Source: Octopus sinensis
Lineage: Eukaryota
DNA: 64,000 nucleotides
NCBI RefSeq assembly: GCF_006345805.1
Contig: NC_043001.1
Span: 96,658,001 to 96,722,000, forward strand
Direction of reading: 5' to 3'
The notes beneath the pieces are model-generated. The model ran no database searches. It was not told the DNA's origin and worked only from the letters and a program-made list of their open reading frames with translations. How positions within the stretch are numbered: the first letter of the stretch is position 1; each line of letters begins with the position of its first letter. Of the stretch, positions 54,502-64,000 are shown one piece after another. The position numbers and the translations under genes were made by a program.

Positions 54502-55660
54502 TATAATATATATACATACATACATACATACATACACACACCACACACACACACACACCACACACACACACACATATATATATATAAAGAACTTGACCTG
54601 TGAAAGAGGATACGATCTCATACACGCAGACTCACACACATACACACACGCGCACGGACTCACACACAGAGACACGCTGACACACAGACGCACAGACGCA
54701 CAGACACGTAAGATCATATTCATTAGAACAATGATGTTCCTCACTTTGATGATGATCAAGATGATGACGGTGAAAATGATGATGATTGTGATGATGACGA
54801 CGAGGATGATGATGATGGTGATGATGATGATGATGATGGTGACGACCACAGGGATATTAAAGGCCAACTTGTCTGCGCTGAAATGCTAATGATGGCTAAG
54901 ATAGACGATTAAGCGAGACAAAAAGGATTACGGCGACGACGATGATGATGATGGTGATGACGATGATAACAATAAAGAAGAAAAAAGGAGGCAATGGTAC
55001 TGATGATGTTGATGATGATGATAATGATGATGATGATAACGATGATAGTGATTATGATCATGATGTTAATGTTTACGATGACGATTATGATGATGCTGAT
55101 GTGATGATGATGTTTGCAATACGATGCAAAATAAGTAAAAAAAGGAGAAAAGAAAAGAAACTAGTGAAGGTAGGAGTACGATAATATTGACCCCTTTATA
55201 AGTAGAAGGGGACAGTTTTGGAGGGGGTACTTGATAGTTACCCGAATTTTTTCGACCCCATGGAAGATAAAAGACAGAATCGACCGAGGTACGTTTTGAA
55301 CTCAGAACCCGAATAGGCGTAACAGTTAAGCCGCATGCCATTGTGCTTGCTACTCTACCGATTCTGACAACACAATATCAAATATGAGTGGGACGACGAC
55401 GACGACGACGACGAAGAGCAGTCGGACGAGGAGATGAGCAAAGCAGATATAGATGATGAGGAAAATGAGGTTGATCATGATGTTAATGATGACAGGGTCG
55501 GTTATGAATATGATGATGATGATGATGATGATGAGGATGAGGAGGAGGAGGAGGAGGAAGAAGAAGATTACGATGATGATGATGAGGAGGAAGTAGATGA
55601 TGACGACGATGGCGACTACGAAAACGACGACGATGAGGAAAATGATGATGATGATGTTGA
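54240..55660. repeat. Degenerate (GAT)/(GAC)/(GAG)n tracts interleaved with TA/CA tracts
   Basis: Directly visible. Confidence 0.85.
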
Positions 55661-55776
55661 TAAGTGGTGGTAATGGTTTATGTCTGACGTGTGTTACTAT
55701 ATATGTATATATAATATATATATTATTATATATATATATATATACATATATATACATATATGTGTGTGTGTGTTTG

Positions 55777-55807
<31 letters not shown>

Positions 55808-55862
55808 GTAATATATATATATGTATATATATATATATATGTATATATATATAATATGTATA

Positions 55863-55930
<68 letters not shown>

Positions 55931-57423
55931 TCTCATACACATATACGTTTGTATGTATCTGCATATTCACTGATATTAGATCATCTGAAGATAGATTGTT
56001 ATGAGAAATAAATGTTGAAGCAGTCACTGACGCCCAAGTGCCTGTTGCGCATTTTGTAGCCAAACACATATTATTATTTTATTGTGTCTTCCAAACATGA
56101 CTATAAAATAAAAAACTAGCATAGCAAAATACGAAATAGAATCTATAATACCCTATAATTTTTATATCTATGGTATCCGCTAGAAAATGAAATTACACAG
56201 CGGATTACTATTGGAATTCAAGTGGCGAGTGTATTGAGTCGGTAGACTGACTACTGGAAAGAATGCCTACCGATATTTGTTCTTGCTCTCTGTGTTTTCC
56301 ATCCGAAGTCAACTTTCTTTTTTATTCACTGAGAAATGAATCCACCAATTCGGAGATGACGTGCATATGCGTTGCTTGAGTTGTTAGAGAATCCAATGAT
56401 ATAATGTGTTGTAGTTGTTTACCTTCTGAATTTAAAGTTTGCCCAGGGATTCAGATTCCATAAATGACCACGTTATCACACTTCATGCTCTGACGAAGAC
56501 GAAGACATGAAGATGGATTGTGGCAGACTTCGGTTCTCTTACCGTTCTGCAGTTCTGACGTATCAGTACAAATGTCCTGTGAATACAACGGTTTTCAATT
56601 TCAGGTACTGTGAGGATTCCCAATTATACAGGTCTCTCGGCATTTCAACTCACTTCTGGTATTGAAACAATGTTACCCCAGAATACAAGCTATGTTTCTC
56701 CAGACTACAAGGTGACGCAATCAAATAACACCTCTCCAATGTGTAATCAGGTATTATGGTGATCGAACTTTAGCTTCTGAATTCTTACTATACAAATTCA
56801 CTAGTGAATGATCCCAGGTTTTCAGAAGTCATGGTAACATTCTCGACAATGAGGAAATATCAAGGTCACCATCTGACCATCTGTTTATATGTTCAACCAT
56901 GTAGCTTCTTCAGTAATGATTTGTTCGATTGCATTACTGAAAAGCGAAACTTTTAATATCACGAGATAAATCTCCCCAGGCACTTATTTGAACATAGTTG
57001 AGTTTTATACAATTAATACAAAGACACAGAGGTTCAAGAAACCTCATAGTAGTCGTTGACAGACATCATATCACCTACATCTCCCTAATATTACATACTG
57101 CTAAAATTAGATAAAGGAAGGGCTAGTTCGAAAATATGGCTTCACTCATTGGATTCCAGATATGTTAAAGAACTGTGTTCAGAGGATTTAGTTGACTGTA
57201 TCAATCCAGTACTTTCTCCCGTGGGTTTGTTTCTATATAGCAAATGCAGAAAGACACAGAAAGGAAAACTGGACGTAAAGGGATGTAACTGTTATAGAAC
57301 GGAATATGTTTAGGCACAATTTTATTGAAGGTTTCTGTTGCATTATTTGATTAATATATTCACTAGCACTTAAACTAATTCCATCCTTTTCTTCTCATAT
57401 GAAAATATACATTTATATAATTT

Positions 57424-58090
<667 letters not shown>

Positions 58091-58103
58091 ATATATATAT
58101 ATG

Positions 58104-58330
58104 TAGGGTCATCCCATAGATAATGCAGTCTTTTATACTTTTCTTCTTTCACTAAATTAAGATAAACAAAATTTTTTTCTTAATCTCAAATATATCCTCC
58201 TTGATTTTCTTCAATGCTCTTCTATCTGGAAGACTTGTAAGGTCCCTCTTCCAAAATTCACTTATCCGTGATGAAAAATTCTCCTCCAGTACTGTTCTGA
58301 CCTCGTGTACAGAATTCGTATTTTCCATCG
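58104..58330 (-). mobile_element. Degenerate mariner 3' end
   Basis: ..EVRTVLEENFSSRISEFWKRDLTSLPDR resembles a mariner C-terminus; TIR-like TAGGGTCATCCCA. Confidence 0.5.
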
Positions 58331-58349
58331 AAATGATTTTGAAAACCAC

Positions 58350-58772
58350 AATGCTATCCATACATACATACATACATACATACATACATACATACATACA
58401 TACATACATACATACATACACACATACACACATACATACATATATACATACATATATGCATACATACATAGGTTTGTACCTGTAATTATTGGGGCATTGA
58501 GATATGTAACACACTGCCTTAATACCAATCTTTAGAAATTAGTCTTCTCAAAACCAGAAAGGAGAAAGCTGATTCGAAGACTAAGATCCAAGCCATCACT
58601 GGAACTGTAAAAATCTGTACAACTTTCCAGAAGTTTATCATTTGAAATTATATGAGCATGTCTAGATATACAACTATATGCATGAGAAGATATACATAAA
58701 ACGAAACATACAATTAGCAATCATACATACATACATACATACATACATACATACATACATACACACATACAC

Positions 58773-58803
<31 letters not shown>

Positions 58804-59510
58804 CATACATATATGCATACATACATAGGTTTGTACCTGTAATTATTGGGGCATTGAGATATGTAACACACTGCCTTAATACCAATCTTTAGAAATTAGT
58901 CTTCTCAAAACCAGAAAGGAGAAAGCTGATTCGAAGACTAAGATCCAAGCCATCACTGGAACTGTAAAAATCTGTACAACTTTCCAGAAGTTTATCATTT
59001 GAAATTATATGAGCATGTCTAGATATGCAACTATATGCATGAGAAGATATACATAAAACGAAACATACAAATTAGCAATCATACATACATACATACATAC
59101 ATACATACATACATACATACACACATACACACATACATACATATATACATACATATATGCATACATACATAGGTTTGTACCTGTAATTATTGGGGCATTG
59201 AGATATGTAACACACTGCCTTAATACCAATCTTTAGAAATTAGTCTTCTCAAAACCAGAAAGGAGAAAGCTGATTCGAAGACTAAGATCCAAGCCATCAC
59301 TGGAACTGTAAAAATCTGTACAACTTTCCAGAAGTTTATCATTTGAAATTATATGAGCATGTCTAGATATGCAACTATATGCATGAGAAGATATACATAA
59401 AACGAAACATACAAATTAGCAATCATACATACATACATACATACATACATACATACATACATACATACATACATACATACATACATACATACATACGTAC
59501 ATACATACAT
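58350..59510 (+). mobile_element. Three tandem 3' ends of an R4/Dong-like REL element in (CATA)n
   Basis: Units start at 58471, 58828 and 59172 and read [31 protein letters not shown] (frameshifted), then 3'UTR and (CATA)n. Confidence 0.7.
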
Positions 59511-60904
59511 ACAAAAATACCCTGTTGATATTGTGGAAATTTCAATGAAGGAATCTTGGGTCTAGGTTAGAAATCGGTTCTTTTTCTAACGGCAAGAAAG
59601 CTTCAAATATAACTGAATGATGATGTACATACATACATACATACATGCATACACACACAGAGATATATTGTGTCTATGTGTGTTCGTGTGTGTGTGTTTG
59701 TATTTGTGTGTGTATACTTGTTTCTGTAAGCCAAAGTTATTAATCGTCTTAATATACAGAATAGCATCTTTTGACTCGTTTTCTATATAATTTTGTATGT
59801 ATATACTTTGTAATAACTATTGTAAGTATGCTTTTATATGTATGAATGAGACCTGGTAGCAAAATAAAAGAAATGATTACAGTATTAATAGTAGTAGTAG
59901 TAGAAGCAGTAATAGTAGTTGTAGTAGTAGTAGTAGTAACTTGTTTTTTATTATGCTATAATAATAATAACATTAAGAACAATTATTATACTATAATAAA
60001 AATAACAATAAGAATGCTAGCTATTCGACCATTTGTAGCGACAAAATGACTATGATTTCATTTTACTATCCGACGTTGAAAATCGAAAAGTTGAAGAAGC
60101 CATAGATATAACTTGTTTACCGGAAATACTGTGTTAAAGGAGTATAAAAGACTTAATGCACACCAGCTGAAAGAATAGTGTGATGGAAAAGGGGAAAAAA
60201 AGAAAGATATATGTATATAAATAAAATAAAATTAACAAGACAAGAAGCAAACACAAAAACAATGAACGAAAAGATGGCGTCGAAAATTGGAACATATACT
60301 AAGAGTGAGATTACAATAAGAGGATGAAAAATAGAAAAAATTAGTTTTATACTAACTTCATTCAAAATAGCGCTTAATCGAAAGAATACTCTTGATAGAG
60401 AAAGGGAAGAAAAGACAGAATGTGGAAAGTATAAATGATAAATTAATTCCACATAAACGCATACAAAGACACACACACACACTAGCATATACACATGTAC
60501 ACACAGACACATGCACAAGCATACACACATATGTATGTATGTTTATATAGATGTTTACAGACACATACATCTATAAGTATATATACAAGACTGGCCCAAA
60601 GTTATCCGACAGTAGATCAAAATTCCATGAATACTATCTGTAATTCTGTATTGAGTCGAATGGAAAAATGTGTCGCTCAAGAACGACTTCAGTTTGAACA
60701 ATTTTCGTGATGTTTCATATTTAGATGCTTTTATTAAATTCATTCATTTGTTAAAGAAATAAATCATGGAATTAAATGTTTTTTATTTATCGTCAGACGA
60801 CTTTTGGCCAAACATCTATATATGTATATATATATATATATATATAAATATATATATATACATACATACATACATACATGCATACATAAATATATATACA
60901 CATA

Positions 60905-60946
<42 letters not shown>

Positions 60947-60949
60947 TAT

Positions 60950-62400
60950 ATGAAATGCAAAAATGGGACACGAACGCAAAACATCCAGACAGACGATACA
61001 AAGTAAACAAGGACGAGTCATTCGGAGTTTTCTTTCCTCAGTCGAGTTCCAGATTATCTTTGCAATTTCGGCTGGTTATACTCCAGCTTGCTCCAATATG
61101 GCCAGCTCCAAGGAAAAACTAAGCTAAGAGCAGTAGATTCCTTGGAAGAAAGCAGCGAATGTATACGAAAACAAGGATGGAAAAAACTGAGAAATTATAC
61201 ACAAATACAAATAACAGGACATTAATAACGGGTGTCTTTCGACTAAGAACGAATTGAATTAAGCTGGCGTGTGTGGAAGTAAAGCCTTACGGTAGGGACA
61301 TAACATTTGATAGGCACAGGGAGGAATATAAATGTTGCACGGATGGTAGTCGAACCAAGAAAGAAAGGTCAGGCTGGCCGAACACTGATTTTTGAGTGAC
61401 TTATGATTTCTAATCCACGAAAGCTACAATCTTGTAGATAGCTGACTATACAAAGAAAATTTTAACTTTTAATCTCACGGAGGTGGAAAAAGGCTAGCAC
61501 AAAAATTTCCCAGTAGGTAGCGCTTGAAATGGACACATTTTGAGAGAATTTCCTTACGAATAGTTTTTAATAACTGTGGTTCGCAGATTTTGCAGCGCCC
61601 GCTCCCATTAATATATGAGCATGGATGTTCTATGACCTTCCATCTGATATCATATGGAGTCCCTTGATCTTTGAGGTGCCACATGTGGTTGGTCAGGGAC
61701 GTGAGAAAACGTCTTGCTGGGACTCTGAAGGATGATTTGTGGTTGCAGAAATGCCGTTTGAAAGCTATGCTTACCGATACTTGTGGGCTGGCTATATTCA
61801 CATTTTTGGTGTTGGCACCGGGCCTGGGGCTGTTGTTGGTCTTAACAGTGTTGTCATTATGGCGCATTGGTCCAGAGGTATGTCTGTCGTTGCCTCAATT
61901 GTTATCACCGTGGTTGACTCTGATCATATTGGTGACGCTGTAGTTGCTGCCGGTAGTGTGGATGCCGCTAGTGGTAACATAGGGAGCGGGGCCGGTTACC
62001 TTCTCGGTGTCGATGATACTGGTCTGGCCATCGTCTCTGGTTGTGTTAATGACACTGGGATCGTCGATCACCTCCTCTCCGTCGTTGGTACCGCACTGCT
62101 CATCTTCTCTGTCTGCAGCGTTTGTACTGGGGTCGATGATCGTTAGAATTGTTGATTCCACTACTGTCATCACCTCCGGGGCCATCATTGTAGTTGGGTG
62201 GTACATTGAGGGCAATGTGATTGCCAGTTCTAGGTGTCACCGTAGCCTCATATGTATCTGCTTCGGCTTCGCATCGGGGCCGTACTACTTCCTTGGTTTG
62301 AGTAAGTTATTTAAAATACTATTCATGTTGGGAGTACAACTCAAGGAGACTCTTAGATTTGCCTGTTAAATAAATGCCTAACGCTTCTCTGCCTCCGCAA
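60950..62400 (-). mobile_element. Second Penelope-like element: RT C-terminus, linker, GIY-YIG C-terminal half and family Z terminal repeat
   Basis: HLFNR..SCTPNMNSIL, then FKRHFCNHKSSFR..TSLTNHMWHLKDQGTPYDIRWKVIE..NGSGRCKIC..EILSKCVH..YLL. Confidence 0.8.
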
Positions 62401-62516
62401 GGTAAAAAGTTAAATTTTTCTTTGTATAGAGTCTGATAAGCTGTATAGAAGGCCGCAACGTTCGTGGATACGAAACAATTGATGACTCAGACCAAACTTT
62501 AAACATATGTTTTAAG

Positions 62517-62588
<72 letters not shown>

Positions 62589-62778
62589 TAAAACATATGT
62601 TTAAAGTTTGGTCTGAGTCACCAATTGTTTCGTATCCAGTTTATGTCATATCTATGCATATATCTATCTTTATGAATATATGTGCATATATATATATATA
62701 TTCAAAATGTGACCACGTGTGTACCGTTGGCGATTTTTTTCCTCCGTCTTCCCTTCCTTGGACCTTTCCTTTTCCTAT

Positions 62779-62911
62779 GTTTTTGACGAAGAGCTCTGCT
62801 CGAAACGTTAAATCCTCCTTCTTTCTTTCCTTTCCCGAGCGTCCAATAACACTATACTTGTTCCATGTCCTCGCGTTGTTGTGTTGTCTCTTTGTGTTTT
62901 CATGTTTGGAT

Positions 62912-62915
<4 letters not shown>
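62779..62915 (+). mobile_element. Penelope-LTR-like end with hammerhead-like motif
   Basis: TTT-TTGACGA-A-GAGC-TCT-GCTC-GAAAC-GTT-AAA, then ~100 nt and (TA)n; related to family W. Confidence 0.55.
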
Positions 62916-62950
<35 letters not shown>

Positions 62951-63747
62951 GTGCCATTGAGTTAATATTATGCAACTAGATTTTGTTTGTAGTGTTTGTT
63001 CGTATTGGCAAATTAGTAAGTCTAATCATGATTATTTTAATTCTTATTGAGTATTCGCGTCAATCGATTTGCATAAAAGAACATATTTGCGCATAATTGT
63101 GATGAATTGCAGTTGGCACTACGTACAAACGCATGAGCGCGTACACACACACGCGCACCGAAGTACATACACGCACAAACGCACATACTCACACACACAC
63201 GCACTCACGTATTTCATTAAAATAAATTATCTTTTGTCCTAAAATTTCCTCTCCTTGAAGAATAAAAATCCAGTATAAATGTGACCAATGGTTTCATGTG
63301 AAAACAACATCACAATTGTTCAGTCATGCCATATCGATGTGTTCGGTACTAGTCTCCATCACGCGAACATTAAATTGGATCATAGAATGAAATCAAACTC
63401 CAGAAACCCATAATAAAGAATATTTATCCATCAATGCAGTGTCGAACACTCCTTACTGTGAAGTTAAGTTGGAAATTCCGATCGTCAGTGTAACCTTCAT
63501 TTCATTAAGTTAAACCCAGGCTGACGATTAGCTACGTTGAGTATCACTCATTGCATAACTATTACATCATGACGTTCAGCAAGCAAAATAGCATATATAT
63601 CGTGCACTTTCTCTGTTTCACTTACTCGATTTGGAATTTTTATTCGCATGTGCAGCAGCTCCACTTGCTGACACCCAGTTATATACAAAATATCAGGTAA
63701 AAGTGTATAACTCTCGCTGTAGAAGACGGAAACTTTTGAAACCAGTC

Positions 63748-63860
63748 ATAGCAGTTGACGAGGCGTGAGTCTGTGGCTATGACACCGTGAGCAAGGCTCA
63801 GTCTTCTCAGTGGAAGACCCCCGACGCAATTCTAAGATGTTGAGAAATTTCAAGAGAATG
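63748..63860 (+). mobile_element. Mariner transposase internal fragment
   Basis: IAVDEA*VCGYDTVSKAQSSQWKTP resembles ITGDETWVYGYDPETKAQSSQWK. Confidence 0.7.
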
Positions 63861-64000
63861 CGACGAGGCCGCTCCTCGCTATCCCCACCCCACCCAAAGG
63901 AGTTCCAGGAATGCATCAATCAGGGGATTACTCCGAAAGAGAGATAATACCTAATCGATATGTGTTTTAGTTTTGTTTTTGTAGCACCAGTCTCTTTACC

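Noticed and set aside
55434-55673. Acidic D/E-rich ORF suggesting a biomineral or chaperone-like protein
   Set aside because: Lies within degenerate GAT/GAC/GAG tracts like others at 54240-55100, with no convincing exon boundaries.

Overview
AT-rich, microsatellite-dense animal genomic DNA with one 100-N scaffold gap. The SINE/LINE content and TA/CA/CATA tract load suggest a coleoid cephalopod, probably Octopus (inference). Most ORFs in the supplied track are translated microsatellites. The recognisable content is mostly transposon debris: CR1/L2-like LINEs, R4/Dong-like REL retrotransposon ends sitting in microsatellites, two Penelope-like (GIY-YIG) elements, Tc1/mariner remnants, MITE-like foldbacks and at least four tRNA-derived SINE families. 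Short minus-strand exon candidates (best at 13761-13846 and 12422-12546) suggest a long-intron gene that the ORF track misses; I cannot name it. The most notable signal is a set of minimal type-I hammerhead ribozyme motifs in several unrelated Penelope-LTR-like repeats next to microsatellites. These include a back-to-back pair inside a 291-bp palindrome and two families with recurrent non-canonical cores. All alignments, folds and translations were done by eye; no database search was run.
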